Assembly (NCBI GenBank): GCA_963847445.1
Contig: CAWJZV010000011.1
Coordinates: 64,001-128,000, forward strand
Length of the DNA stretch: 64,000 nt
DNA from: an uncultured delta proteobacterium
Lineage (GTDB): Bacteria > Desulfobacterota > Binatia > UBA9968
Direction of reading: 5' to 3'
Below are positions 30,130 to 43,766 of the stretch, piece after piece (within the stretch, counting starts at the first letter, position 1; each line of letters opens with the position of its first letter). The notes under the pieces are model-generated. The model saw only the letters and a list, made by a program, of their open reading frames with translations, did no database searches and was not told where the DNA came from. Both the position numbers and the translations under genes were made by a program.

Positions 30130-30346
30130 CGAGTGAAGCCGGTCCACTCTGTCTATCGGCGAGTTCGCATGCTCTGAGATGAACGATGATCGGAAAGCCG
30201 TATGCGGGAGAACTGCAAGTACGGTTCGATGAGGGGGAACCGGACTTCTTTCCATGGACGATCCTAGCTGGACAGGCACGAAGTTGGAAACGACGGAAAC
30301 GGCCAAGGAGCGCCCGACCGAATGTCGCGCATGTTCTCTACTCTAC
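30130..30346 (+). mobile_element. Group II intron 3' remnant (domain V and extended domain VI)
   Basis: DV aagccgtatgcgggagaactgcaagtacggttc with AGC triad at 30195-30227; DVI gagggggaac...gttctct-A-ctc with bulged A at 30340, ending AC at 30346. Confidence 0.88.
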
Positions 30347-30416
30347 CCTCCTCGCCCCCCTCGCCCTGCCGGCTAATGGGTGAGCCCAATCACTCTCTTG
30401 GCACTCTTGGGGCGAC

Positions 30417-30677
30417 TTAAACTCTGGACCAGAATAAATTCAGGAATTCGATTTCATCGGTATCGGTCTCTCGGTAGTGGATGAGTATTTTCCCCGATCG
30501 ATAGAGGTAACTTGGGGCAGCGGGGTCATAAAAACTCGGTAGCCGTCCGGCAAGTTGTGGATTGTGCGCTATCGCTGCAAGTGTTTCGTCAAGGTGTTGG
30601 AGGTCGCGCGGGCTGGCTGATTTTTCGAAGAGAGATATTTCATCGAGAAATCTCTTCGACAGCAGAAAATCAGCCAC
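30417..30677 (-). CDS. Putative RelE/ParE-like toxin
   Basis: 86 aa; GTG start overlaps the antitoxin stop; RelE-like layout (FLLSKRFLDEI...YRSGKILIHY...IEFLNL). Confidence 0.55.
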   Translation of the reverse strand: MADFLLSKRFLDEISLFEKSASPRDLQHLDETLAAIAHNPQLAGRLPSFYDPAAPSYLYRSGKILIHYRETDTDEIEFLNLFWSRV

Positions 30678-30972
30678 GTAACAACCTTTTTTTGCGCGCC
30701 GCGGACAGGATTTTCTGCACCGTGGGCGCTCCCGACAGTCGAAGGACTCGTCCCGCTTTGACGTCGTCCAAGGACTTGCGCATGGCCCGCAACGCTTCTG
30801 GGTCTTGCCATAATTGCGCAACTGCTTTTAGAGTTTGCAATTGCTCAAAATTGACCAGCACAGCTTTCGGCTTTCCCTGTTTCGTGACGATAACTTGGTC
30901 GCCATCTTCAACGTCCTCAACCAGATTTAGAAACTTTTGCCTGGCTTCGCTCGTGGTTATATACCGGTCCAT
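30670..30972 (-). CDS. Phd/YefM family antitoxin
   Basis: YITTSEARQKFLNLVEDVEDGDQVIVTKQGKPKAVLV. Confidence 0.9.
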   Translation of the reverse strand: MDRYITTSEARQKFLNLVEDVEDGDQVIVTKQGKPKAVLVNFEQLQTLKAVAQLWQDPEALRAMRKSLDDVKAGRVLRLSGAPTVQKILSAARKKRLLRG

Positions 30973-30995
30973 AGATCAACTCCCTTGACAAAGAA

Positions 30996-31015
30996 GTGTA
31001 CAAGAACGTGTTACA
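30996..31015. promoter_or_regulatory. Putative TA operator
   Basis: TGTACA palindrome at 30997-31002 and a TGTTACA variant at 31009-31015, upstream of the antitoxin; TGTACA is the core of phd and yefM operators. Confidence 0.55.
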
Positions 31016-31137
31016 GACCGCAAGATCGATGCCTCAGCCGCTTCGGTCAACACCGCGATGACTGCAAGTCTGGAGAAAGAAAGGGGACATTCCACTGTTC
31101 TCTTGTCTCCCGGCCAGTGGCTGAGGTAGACGGGTTT

Positions 31138-31225
31138 ATGCCTCGCGCGGCGCGCGCCTCGGTAGGCGATATTTGCTGTCACGTTATCAATGGCGGCAAT
31201 GCGCACAGCGAGCTGTTTCATAAGG
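31138..31225 (+). pseudogene. N-terminal stub of a REP-associated tyrosine (Y1) transposase
   Basis: MPRAARASVGDICCHVINGGNAHSELFHK resembles the RAYT N-terminus MPRxxR...YHVxNRGN...F; truncated at the ligA end. Confidence 0.7.
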
Positions 31226-31255
31226 TCGGCCAGCGCGGCGCGACCGCGATCGTTT

Positions 31256-33409
<2,154 letters not shown>

Positions 33410-33432
33410 TCAGCGTGTTAAACCATCCGTTG

Positions 33433-35182
33433 ATGGGTACACGCGGCTTTCGGACAGCTTTTTTGCTGGTCATTCTGTCCGGTTGCGCGACGGCGGTGCC
33501 CGATTATCAGCTGCCTCCCGACGGCTTGGTTTGGTCCCCCGAAGGGCCTTTCAGCAAGGATGCCAAAGCCGACATTCCCGACGAAGCCAGGGCCTTCAAT
33601 CACTTCCTCAAAGGCCAATTGCTGCTCATCGACGGCGAGTTCGAGCCGGCTCTGAAAGAATTCGAAGCCGCCACGCAGGCCAGTCCCACGGACGGTTTTC
33701 TCCATTTCCGCTTGGCGCAGCTCTATCTGCGCCGTGGCGATCTGAGAAAGGCGATGGCGGAGGCGGAGTCGGCGGCAAAACTGGAACCGAAGATCGTCGA
33801 TTACCATTTGCTCCTGGCGGGGCTTTATTCAGCGGTGGGCGATAATCAAAAGGGGCTGGCGGAGTACAACGAGGTCCTGAAACTCGATCCGAAGAACCAA
33901 GAAGCGCTGCTCTACGCCGGAGCCTTGTACCTGCAAGTTAGACGACCTCGCGCGGGCAACCCAGCAGTTTAGACGAGTTACTCAAACTTGACGACAACTC
34001 GGCGCTAGGCCACTATTATCTCGGCCGGGTGCGCGCCAAGAGCAAGCTCTATCTCGCCGCCGAACAAAGCTTCCGCAAGGCCTTGGAGCTCAATCCCAAG
34101 TCGGAAGCGGTGTTGATGGACTTGGCGTTGGTCTACGAGCTCGAGGGCAAGACCGAAGACGCGATCCAGACCTACCAGCGGCTGCTGCAAGTCAATCCGC
34201 AGCATGTTTGGTCACGCCGCCGCTTGGGCGAACTCTATGTCGGGCAGAATAAGCTCGACGAAGCGCTGCGCCAGTTCGAGCGCTTGGAAGGCAGCGGAAA
34301 CCGATCCGCGCGATACCCGCATCAAGATCGGTCTTGATCTCGTTCGAGAAAGGCGATTACGACCGGGCTGCCACCGAGTTCAATCTGGTTCTCGCCGGCG
34401 ATCCGGAAAACGATCGGGCGCGTTATTATCTCGCCGCCACCTATATCGAGCTCAAAGCCAACGATAAGGCGTTGGAAGCGTTCGAGCGAATTTCCGAGAA
34501 GAGCGAGTTCTACGCCGATGCCCGGGTGCAGGCGGCGCAACTCTACGAGCGCAAAGAGCAAACCCAAAAGGCCATCGAGATTTTGCAGACGGTCATCAAA
34601 AAACTCAACGACCGCAAAGAAATCCATGCCTATCTGAGCGTGCTTTACCGTAAGACCAAAGATTTTCCGCGGGCGATTCAGTCGATGGAGCGGGTCGTCG
34701 CCCTCGATCCCAAGAACGACGAGGCGCATTTTCAACTGGGCGCGCTCTACGACGAGAGCAAAGTTAAAGACAAATCCATCGCCAGTATGAAGAAGGCCAT
34801 CGAGCTCAATCCCAAGAACGCGCCGGCGCTCAACTACTTGGGCTACACCTGGGCGGAGATGGGCGTGCAGCTGGACGAAGCCGAAGATTTGATCGTGCGG
34901 GCGCTCAAGATCGCGCCCAACGACGGTTTCTACATCGACAGCTTGGGTTGGGTTTACTATCAAAAGGGCGATTACCCGCGCGCCGTCGAGCAGCTTGAAC
35001 GCGCCGTCGAACTGACGGTGGACGATCCGACGATCATCGAACATCTGGGCGATGCCTACGAGAAGGTCGGCCGGACCGACCGCGCCGTGGCGCGTTACCG
35101 CGAGTCGCTGAAGTTTTCCAAAGAGGCCGAGCAGACCAAGCGCGTGCGCGAAAAAATCCAGCGGCTGGAGAAAAAGATTTGA
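33433..35182 (+). CDS. TPR lipoprotein (long, frameshifted)
   Basis: Lipobox LSGC; ALNYLGYTWA, YIDSLGWVYY, IIEHLGDAY TPR motifs. Confidence 0.85.
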
Positions 35183-36001
35183 TCGATCTGCCTCGCTGCT
35201 CCGGCATCGTTCATCGGTCCGCCGCTCTTCGTTGCACTCGCGATTCTTGCGTTTATCGTCACCGGTTGTGCCACCACCGCCAAACCGCCTGCCTTGCCGC
35301 AAGCGCCCGCGCCGCAGTGGGAGTCGGCCAAGCTGATCGAGTCGATGGGCCAACGGCGCCAGCAGTTTCGCTCGGTGCGCGCGTTGGCGCGGGTCAACTA
35401 TGCCGGCCCGGAGGGCAAGCATGGTTTCGAAGAAGCGGTGTTGGTGCAGCGGCCCGATCGATTGCGTTTGGAGACGCTGACCTTCCTGGGCGCGATCCTC
35501 ATCGTCACGGCCAACGATAAAGAAATCATCGGCTACCATCCGCGCGAGGGCGTGCTGGTGCGCGGCCGCAGCTCCAAAGAAAATTTGTTGCGCCTTACCC
35601 AGATCCCGCTGGAGCTTGACGAGATCACGGCGCTATTGCTTGGCTTGCCGCCGGTGGAGGCGTCGGCGCCGTGGCGCCAGGAAGGCAACTCGTTGATTTT
35701 TTCACTCAACGGCCGGATCAAAGACACCCTGGCGTTCGAGTCGCACTTGCCGGTGCCGACCCGATGGCAGCGCTTCAATGGCAGCGGCGCGCTCGAATTG
35801 ACCGCGCTCTTCTCCGATTACATCACGACTCCGGCCGGCTTGTTTCCATCCAAGATCAACGTCGAGGCGCCACAGCAAGGCAGGAAGCTAGAGATCCGCT
35901 TCCAAGAGCCGGAATTCAACGCGACCATCCCCGCCGAATCGTTTTCTCAGCAAAAACCGGCCAACGTCCAAGAAGTTCCCATCGAGATGATCGGGAGTTG
36001 A
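35179..36001 (+). CDS. LolB-like/DUF4292-type lipoprotein
   Basis: Lipobox VTGC in the frame of ORF 35294; RPDRLRLE motif; position after a long TPR gene matches the TPR-lolB arrangement; start apparently frameshifted. Confidence 0.65.
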
Positions 36002-36004
36002 GCG

Positions 36005-37800
36005 ATGTTTGCGAAAAGCTGGCGATTCATTCTTCCGGTGCTTTTTATCGCGAGCTGCGGCGACAAGACCGAGGTCAAAGTCGCCGATGTCAAACCTGTG
36101 CTGAGCAAAGAGGAAGCCGGCAAACCGGTGACCGGGGATTGGTTGGTGCTCCATAGACTGAGCGATCCGGAGCAACTTAATCCGCTGACCAGCAATGATG
36201 CGGCTTCGAGCGAGATCGCTGGGCTTTATCGTTCGAGGCTCTGCTGACCCGAGATCCGCGTACTCTTGATCTCAAACCGTACATCGCCGAAGCGCGCCCG
36301 GAAATTTCCGCCGATAAATTGACCTATACTTTTAAGATTCGCCGAGACGCTCACTTTCAAGACGGTCGTCCGCTTACCGGCGAAGATGTTTTGTTCAGCG
36401 TCAAAGCGATCAAATGCCCTTTGTCAACGCGCCGTTTCTGCGGGTCTATTTCAATTCTCTCATCGATGCCCAGCTGCGTCGATCCTTACACCATTCGGTT
36501 CAAAACCAAGGAACCGTACTTTCTCAATGAAAGCGTGCTCGGTGGCATTACGGTGCTTACCGCGCCATTACTACGATCCGGAAAATCTATTGAAACAGTC
36601 GGCGTAACGGTAAGAGCTCTCGCGCGAGATCCGGCCAAGTTGCCGGCCGAAGCTAAACAGTTCGGCGACCACTTCAACAAGAACTACAGCCGGAATCCGA
36701 TGGGCAGTCGGACCGTACAAGTTCAACGGCTGGAAAACCGGCCGCGAGGTTGAACTGATTCGGCGATCCGGAATTATTGGGGCAACGGCAAGGCAGGAAT
36801 CGATCAACCCCATCTCGATCGCCTGAAATTTCGGGTCGTCAACAATATCGACGCGGCGTTGATCAGTCTGAAGAGCGGCAGCCTCGACTACATTGAGGCC
36901 TGCAGCCGGTGCAAGCCGTACGCGGCACCGACAGCGAATCGATTCAAGCAGGAATTCCGAAAAGTACGAATATTACTCGCCGACCTACACCTATCTCGGC
37001 TGGAACAACGACCATCCGATTTTTCGCGATAAACGAGTTCGCCAAGCCATGACCTATTTCACCAATCGGAAACAGATCGTAAAAAGCGTCTTGTTCGGTC
37101 TTGGGCGAAGTGGTCGACAGCCATATTTATCTTTTCCGTCCCGAGTACGACAAAACTCTGGTCGAGTTATCCTTATCGATCCGGCCAAAGGCGATGGCAC
37201 TACTTGCCGAAGCCGGCTGGAAGGACACTGACGGTGACGGTGTCTCGGATAAAGATTATCGATGGCAAGAAAATTCCACTTCGATTCGAGATTAAAGTTA
37301 ACTCCGGCAACGCGGTGCGCAAGAGCGTTGCGCTTGGTACTGCTGGACGAGCTAAAAAAGCACGGCATCGCTGCCAGCGTGCGAGAGCTTGGACTGGACG
37401 ATTTTTCTCAATGACGTAAAGAACCACACAATTTGATGCCATGGTTCTCGGTTGGCAGATGTCGACGACTGAGCCGGATGCCTATCAGGTGTGGCACTCC
37501 TCGCAGGCGGCGAACAAAGGCTCGAACGCGATCAGCTACAAAAATTCTCGGGTCGACGAGATTTTCGAATTGTACCGGCGTGAGTTCGACGCGCAAAAAC
37601 GAATTGAAACTGTATAACGAGTTTCAAAAAATCCTCAGTGACGAGCAGCCTTACACGTTTCTTATATCTGCCGAAGCGAGTCTCGGCGGTGCAGCGCCGT
37701 TTCGAAGGCGTGGAAATTTTTCCCGACGGACTCCGACCCATCGATTGGTGGGTGCCCGCGCAGGAGTCAAAAATTCGCGAGCACGATAACGGCCCAATAA
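36005..37800 (+). CDS. Peptide ABC transporter substrate-binding protein (family 5), heavily frameshifted
   Basis: Lipobox IASC, DPEQLNPL, YTFKIRRDAHFQDGRPLTGEDVLFS, FRDKRVRQAM motifs in successive frames. Confidence 0.85.
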
Positions 37801-37808
37801 TTCTCCCC

Positions 37809-38840
37809 ATGACCGGTTATTTCTTTCAACGATTGTTGTTGATGATACCGACCTTTATCGGCATTACGCTCATCGTTTTTCTGATCGTCCGCTTAGCGCC
37901 TGGCGATCCAGCCGAGCTGCGCGCCGCCGGCGGACTTGGCGCGGCGGCGAGCGGTGGCATCTCGACGGAAAAACGCGGCGCGGTGGATGAAGCGATGGCC
38001 CAGTGGCGCGCGCAGTACGGTCTCGATAAACCGCTTTACGTTCAGTATGCCGTTTGGTTGAAAAATATCTTCACATTGAGCTTCGGCGTTTCTTTCAAAG
38101 ACAGCCAGCCGGTATGGGGTAAAATTACCGAGCGTATTCCGGTGACGCTCAAGCTTAATTTTTGGTCGCTTCTGGTGGTGTATTTGGTGGCGATCCCTTT
38201 CGGTATTTACTCGGCCACGCATCAGAATTCGATTGCCGATCAGGCGACAACATTGATCGCCTTCGTGTTGTTCGCCGTGCCGCTGGTCTGGGCGGCGACC
38301 ATGGCGCTGGTGTTTCTCTGCGGCGGCGATTTCTATTATTTCTTCCCGCCCGGCGGACTGGAGTCGCTGGATGCGGCGGAAAACTGGTCCTGGTGGCGCA
38401 AGATCACGGACCATGCGTGGCATTTGTTTTTGCCCGTGGTGCTGCTTTCCTACGACGGCTTCGCCGGGCTGTCGCGCTATATGCGCTCGAGCATGCTCGA
38501 AGTCTTGCGCCAGGATTATGTCCAGGTCGCCCGCTCCAAGGGGCTCGACGAAGGCGTCGTCGTCTTCAAGCATGTTCTGCGCAATTCGCTGATACCGCAG
38601 GTGACTTTGCTCGCCTCCATCTTGCCCGGAATGATTGGCGGCAGCGTGATCATCGAAACGATCTTTTCCATTCCCGGTTTAGGGCAGCTCGGCTTCGAGT
38701 CCGTTTTGTCCCGCGACTATCCCGTGGTGCTGGCGTTGCTCGCTGTGACGTCGATTTTGACCTTGATCGGCATCTTGATCTCGGATCTGCTATTGGCTGT
38801 TGTCGATCCGCGCATCGCCTTCGGCCGCCGGGCGCAATAA
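37809..38840 (+). CDS. Peptide ABC transporter permease (OppB/DppB-like)
   Basis: APGDP, YGLDKP, RSSMLEVLRQDYVQVARSKGL EAA loop. Confidence 0.9.
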   Translation: MTGYFFQRLLLMIPTFIGITLIVFLIVRLAPGDPAELRAAGGLGAAASGGISTEKRGAVDEAMAQWRAQYGLDKPLYVQYAVWLKNIFTLSFGVSFKDSQPVWGKITERIPVTLKLNFWSLLVVYLVAIPFGIYSATHQNSIADQATTLIAFVLFAVPLVWAATMALVFLCGGDFYYFFPPGGLESLDAAENWSWWRKITDHAWHLFLPVVLLSYDGFAGLSRYMRSSMLEVLRQDYVQVARSKGLDEGVVVFKHVLRNSLIPQVTLLASILPGMIGGSVIIETIFSIPGLGQLGFESVLSRDYPVVLALLAVTSILTLIGILISDLLLAVVDPRIAFGRRAQ

Positions 38841-38856
38841 GCCAATTTCAACGGTC

Positions 38857-39911
38857 ATGGCATCGACGAATTCGACAACACAAGACAGGGTAACGGAGAC
38901 CACCGAAGCTGGCGGGCTATGGTCCGATGTGTGGCAGCGCTTCAAACGCAATCCGGTCGCGCTTACCGGCTTTCTCGTGGTCTGTGTTTTTGTCTTCATG
39001 GCGCTGTTCGCCGATTTCATCGCCAACGATAAACCTTACTACACCGAGTATAAAAGCAAATCGTATTTTCCAATCTTTCGGAGCTACTTGGTGGCAATGA
39101 AGCTCGGCCAATGGCCCGTGGAGCTTGTCAACGCCGAGTTCAAGAAACTCGAAGGCGCCAAGTCGTTCTTCCCGCCAATCCCTTATCGCCCCAGTAACAT
39201 CAATCTTCTCGAACCCCTCGAGCCGCCGTCTGGGCGTCATTGGTTCGGCACCGACAAGTTGGGCCGGGACGTCATGGCGGGCATGATTCATGGATCGCGG
39301 GTCTCGCTATCGATTGGTTTTGTTGCCGTTGGGATCGCGGTCATGATCGGCATCGTGCTCGGCGCCATTGCCGGATACTTTGGCTCGTGGACGGATTTGC
39401 TCATTTCGCGATTGTTCGAGGTCATGTTGTCGATCCCGACGTTTTTTCTCTTGATCACCATCGCGGCGCTTTTGCCGCCAAGTATCTTTCTCACGATGTT
39501 CATCATCGGCGCGACCAGTTGGGTCGGCATCGCGCGGTTTACCCGAAATGAATTTCTGCAGGATTCGTAATCTCGATTACGTGACCTCGGCGATCGCGCT
39601 TGGGGGGCACGGACCGCAAGGTGATGTTCAAACATATTTTGCCGAACGCATTGGCACCGGTCATCGTTTCGGTGGTTCTCGGCATCGCCGGGGCGATCCT
39701 GGTCGAATCGAGTTTGAGTTTTCTCGGCATCGGCGTGCCGGCCGAGCTGGTGACTTGGGGTTCGATTCTTCACGAAGCCAGTACTACGACCTACGCCTGG
39801 TGGCTCGCGGTCTTTCCCGGTTTTGCCATTTTCATCACCGTGCTGGCTTACTATCTCGTCGGCGAAGGGTTGCGCGAAGTGCTCGACCCGCGCTTGCGAG
39901 GCTTGCGTTAG
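38857..39911 (+). CDS. Peptide ABC transporter permease (OppC/DppC-like); frameshifts near 39560-39610
   Basis: HWFGTDKLGRDV, KHILPN, ESSLSFLGIG, GEGLREVLDP motifs. Confidence 0.9.
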
Positions 39912-40067
39912 TCCGATTCTTTCTGATAATTCGAAGTTCACAATTCGTTGGAGTGAGGTTGGTGAAACGACCGATAGTCGTGGTCATGCGGTTTGGCTTG
40001 TCGCTGCCAAGTCGAGTTGAAACAATCGCCAAGGAGCCGAGAGCGAAATCTTGAGGAGACAGTCAGC

Positions 40068-41196
40068 ATGGCGGAAAAGACCCTCGAAGAAATCAAAGCG
40101 GATATCGCCCATCGCGCCGGGCGGATCAATCCGTTCGAGCGGGTGAAGAAAGAAGACGTCGATCAGGTTCTGAAGAATCTAACCAGTCTCGATTCGGAGC
40201 TGTGGGGGCGCGAATGGGGCAAGTTCGGCGCCAAGTACGAAGCGTTGGGCGATGACCAAGAAAAACAGGGTAAGAAGAATGAAGCCGGTGAAACTTTCTA
40301 TCTCGCCTACGAGTACTATCGCATCGGTCGTTACCCGGTGCCGAGCAGCCCGGAGAAAATGACCTGCTACCGGGGCGCGCTGCGCACCTTTCTCAAGGCC
40401 GCGCCATACTATGGATCCGCCGCTGGAGCGTTGTGAGATTCCCTTCGAAGGCAAAAAAGTCGTCGGCTATCTGCAAGTGCCCACGGGCGTCAATCGGCCG
40501 CCAGTCGTCATGCACTGGGGCGGCGTCGACGGTTGGAAAGAAGACCGCCGCACCAACAGTGACGTGCTGCTCAAGAGCGGCATCGCCTGCTTCACCATCG
40601 ACATGCCCGGCGCTGGGGAGAATCCCTGTTTGGGCCAGGAGCCCAAAGCCGAGAGAACGTTCTCGGCGGCGATGGATTATTTGGCCACGCGCAGTGATAT
40701 CGACGGAAAGCGCATTGCCTGCATGGGCGGTAGCTTCGGCGGCTACTGGGCGGCCAAGCTGGCGCACACCGAGCCCAAGCGGCTGCGCGGCGCGGTCAAT
40801 TGGGGCGCCGGCGTGCACCGGACCTTTCAAGAGGAGTGGCTGCGCCCGGCGCTGACTTTGACCGCGTCGCAATACTTGATGGGGCCGGCGAGCTTGCTCG
40901 ACGCGCGCTCGTATATTTTCGGCCTGAAGAGTTTGGCGGATGTTCTAAAAACCGCGCCGACCTTGTCGCTGGTGACCCAGGGTTTGATCGATCAACCTTG
41001 CGCACCGCTTCTGTGCATCAACGGCAAAGACGACGACCAGCACCCGATCAGCGATTTATACTTACTGGCGGAGCATGGCAGCCCGAAGGATCTGCGCATC
41101 ATCGCTGGCGCCGGCCATATGGGCCGAAAGAAAGGTCAGTCGAACGACGAGGTGGTCGATATCGTGACTCAGTGGCTCAAAGAAAAGTTGGCTTAG
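40068..41196 (+). CDS. Alpha/beta hydrolase (FrsA/DUF1100-like); frameshift near 40405
   Basis: GGVDGWKE, DMPGAGE, GGSFGG nucleophile elbow, C-terminal GH. Confidence 0.8.
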
Positions 41197-41345
41197 GGCA
41201 AATTTGCCGTTGACCACGTCGCTCGCGGGTGAGAACCTCGACATAGGGTTTGCAAAAAGAGTGACAGCGCCTCGACCGCGAAAAATGGCTTAGTTTATTG
41301 TGAAATTTGGCATCTGAAATCTGCAGTTCTGAACGGAGTGAGAAT

Positions 41346-41894
41346 ATGGCACGCATCGCAACTATCGATAAGAAAGAAGACCTAAAACCCGAGCATCATA
41401 AAATCTACGACGCCATCGCGCAGAGCCGCGGCGCGGTGGGCGGGCCGTGGAGAGCGCTCCTGCACAGCCCGGAGATGGCGTATCGGACCATGCATCTGGG
41501 CAGCTATGTGCGCTTCGAGTCGAGCTTGGATCACAAGGTTATTGAGTTCGCCGCGTTGGTTTCGGCGCGGGAGCTCGACTGCAAACATGAATGGGCCGCC
41601 CATGTGAACCACGCGCAGAAGGCGGGCATCGCCCTCGACACCATTCGCGCGGTTTACCAAAAACAGGGCGCCGAGACCTTTTCATCGGAAGATGCCCAGC
41701 TGGTCAGTTTCGTCCGCGAGATGATTCACGATCATCGCGTGAGCGAGCCGACGTTCCAGGCGATCCACGGCCGGTTCGGCGACAAGGGGATGGTCGAGTT
41801 GTCCGCGACCATCGGTTACTACGCCATGCTCGCGTGCACGCTGAACACCTTCGACGTCTACACGGTCACGCCGCCCGACGATTTGAAGATCTGA
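41346..41894 (+). CDS. Carboxymuconolactone decarboxylase/AhpD family protein
   Basis: GPWRALLHSP, ARELDCKHEWAAH, VELSATIGYY motifs. Confidence 0.85.
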   Translation: MARIATIDKKEDLKPEHHKIYDAIAQSRGAVGGPWRALLHSPEMAYRTMHLGSYVRFESSLDHKVIEFAALVSARELDCKHEWAAHVNHAQKAGIALDTIRAVYQKQGAETFSSEDAQLVSFVREMIHDHRVSEPTFQAIHGRFGDKGMVELSATIGYYAMLACTLNTFDVYTVTPPDDLKI

Positions 41895-42036
41895 CCCGGA
41901 GCCCGCCGTGCGTGTCGTCGTTCTCGACGACGACACGCGGCGACCGCGGCCTGTATCTCGCCGCGAGAGCCGGCAAAGGCAGCGCTAGGCGACCGATCCG
42001 ACATAAAATCCGTCCTGCCCGTAGCTTAGTCGATTC

Positions 42037-43677
42037 ATGGCCAAGAAACGTTCCGCGCGGCGGCAAGCCGCTCCAGTGGCAGCGGCGGTTGCGCCGCGTC
42101 CAATAGGCGCGCTCTTTCAAGTGTGCCTGACCGTAGCTTTGCTCGCTGTCTACGCCGGCTTTCTCGCTCACCCGGTCGACCTCACCACCAGCGACCTCGG
42201 CCGCTACCTGAAGAACGGCGAACTTTTTTTTCAGCGCGGTCTTATCGCCGACACCAATCTTTTCGCCTACACGACGCCGGATCATCCGTTCGTCAATCAT
42301 TCTTGGGGCAGCGGTGCGATCTACTTTGTCGTCGAGCGTACGCTAGGCTTTGCCGGACTCTCGCTGTTTTTTCTCACTGTGAGCGTGACCACCCTATGGA
42401 TTTTCTTCCGCCTGGCCGTGCGCTACGGCAGCTTCGCTCTCGGGGCTGTATTGACCGTCATCGTCATGCCGATTCTGATCACCCGCAGCGAAATTCGACC
42501 GGAAATGTTCAGCTATCTGATGAGCGGCCTGTTTCTGCATCTGCTGTGGGATTACCGGCAAGGCCAACGTGGCGCGCGTTGGCTGATGATTCTACCGCTG
42601 TTGCAGATTGTTTGGGTCAACCTGCATATTTATTTCTTTCTCGGTATGTTTCTCGTCGGTGTTTTTCTTTTGCAGTCGCTCATCGATCTTGCCGCCCGGA
42701 GTGCGCCCCGAGCAAGTTCCCAAAGGCAGCCATGGAAAGTTCTCGCCGCGGTCGCGGTGGCGACCGTTGCCGCCAGTTGTATCAATCCCGCGGGGTTGCG
42801 CGGCGCGGTCTATCCGCTGTTTATCTTCCAGGGCTATGGATTTCCGGTTATCGAAAACTATTCGGTGCCGGCCATTCTTCAGGCAGGCTTTCAGTTTCTT
42901 CCGCTGACTTTTTTCTTAGTCATCCTTGGCCTGCTCTGTTTAAGTTGGCTTTACGTCATCATTAAAGACCGTTCTAGTTTCTCGGTAAGCAACTTTGTCC
43001 TGACGTTGTTCTTCGCCGCGCTGGCATGGTGGAGCATCCGTAACTTCGTTATCTTCGCTTTCTTTGCGTTGCCGCTGACGGCGGCTAACTTTCACAGCAT
43101 GGTGCGAGCGCAGTCCTCGCGCTGGCTCAATTCGTCCTGCGGCACTGTGGCTACGGTGAGTGGTGTGGCGGTTCTGCTCTTGCTGATCAATCCGGCATTT
43201 TTTTTTGCCGGCGGGCGCGGCGCCTTTGGCATCGGTCTCAAAGAGGGCAATCTGGCGGCGCTGGAGTTTCTCCGGAGCGAGCGATTGCAGGGGCCGCTCT
43301 TCAACACCTTCGACGTCGGCAGCTATTTGACTTATGGCCTTTATCCGCGCGAGCGTGTGTATGTCGACAACCGCCCTGAAGCCTATCCGGCGACGTTTTT
43401 CACCGAGGATTATTTTCCCCTCTTGGTGAACGAGGAGAAGTGGCGCAGCCATCTGGCCGCCCATAAATTCAACAGCATCGTCATCAACCCCAGTGGCCAC
43501 TCCGCGGCGGCGGAAAATTTTGTCATTCAGCGCATGCTCGACCCGGATTGGGCGGCGGTGTTTTTCGACAAGGAAATTCTTATCCTCGCCCGCCGGTTCG
43601 GCCCCAATCAACCAGTCATCGCCAAGTACGAACTGCCGCGCGAAGCGGTGCTGCAAAAAGCCGAGGGAGGGAAGTGA
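42037..43677 (+). CDS. Multi-TM membrane protein, probable GT-C fold
   Basis: DLGRYLKNGE, RPEMFS, WVNLH, INPAG, VYVDNR motifs. Confidence 0.65.
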   Translation: MAKKRSARRQAAPVAAAVAPRPIGALFQVCLTVALLAVYAGFLAHPVDLTTSDLGRYLKNGELFFQRGLIADTNLFAYTTPDHPFVNHSWGSGAIYFVVERTLGFAGLSLFFLTVSVTTLWIFFRLAVRYGSFALGAVLTVIVMPILITRSEIRPEMFSYLMSGLFLHLLWDYRQGQRGARWLMILPLLQIVWVNLHIYFFLGMFLVGVFLLQSLIDLAARSAPRASSQRQPWKVLAAVAVATVAASCINPAGLRGAVYPLFIFQGYGFPVIENYSVPAILQAGFQFLPLTFFLVILGLLCLSWLYVIIKDRSSFSVSNFVLTLFFAALAWWSIRNFVIFAFFALPLTAANFHSMVRAQSSRWLNSSCGTVATVSGVAVLLLLINPAFFFAGGRGAFGIGLKEGNLAALEFLRSERLQGPLFNTFDVGSYLTYGLYPRERVYVDNRPEAYPATFFTEDYFPLLVNEEKWRSHLAAHKFNSIVINPSGHSAAAENFVIQRMLDPDWAAVFFDKEILILARRFGPNQPVIAKYELPREAVLQKAEGGK

Positions 43678-43766
43678 TGGGCCGTTAGTTGACACGCTGT
43701 CAGGTCGTCGGATAGGCTCGCTGCGATTGCGCGGGCCGATGGCGCGCAACAATTTTTATAAGGGGA

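Noticed and set aside
29669-30346. GTGCG at 29669 as 5' end of a group II intron carrying the RRM gene
   Set aside because: Only about 80 nt separate it from the RRM start, far too short for domains I-III; the motif lies in the leader hairpin loop.
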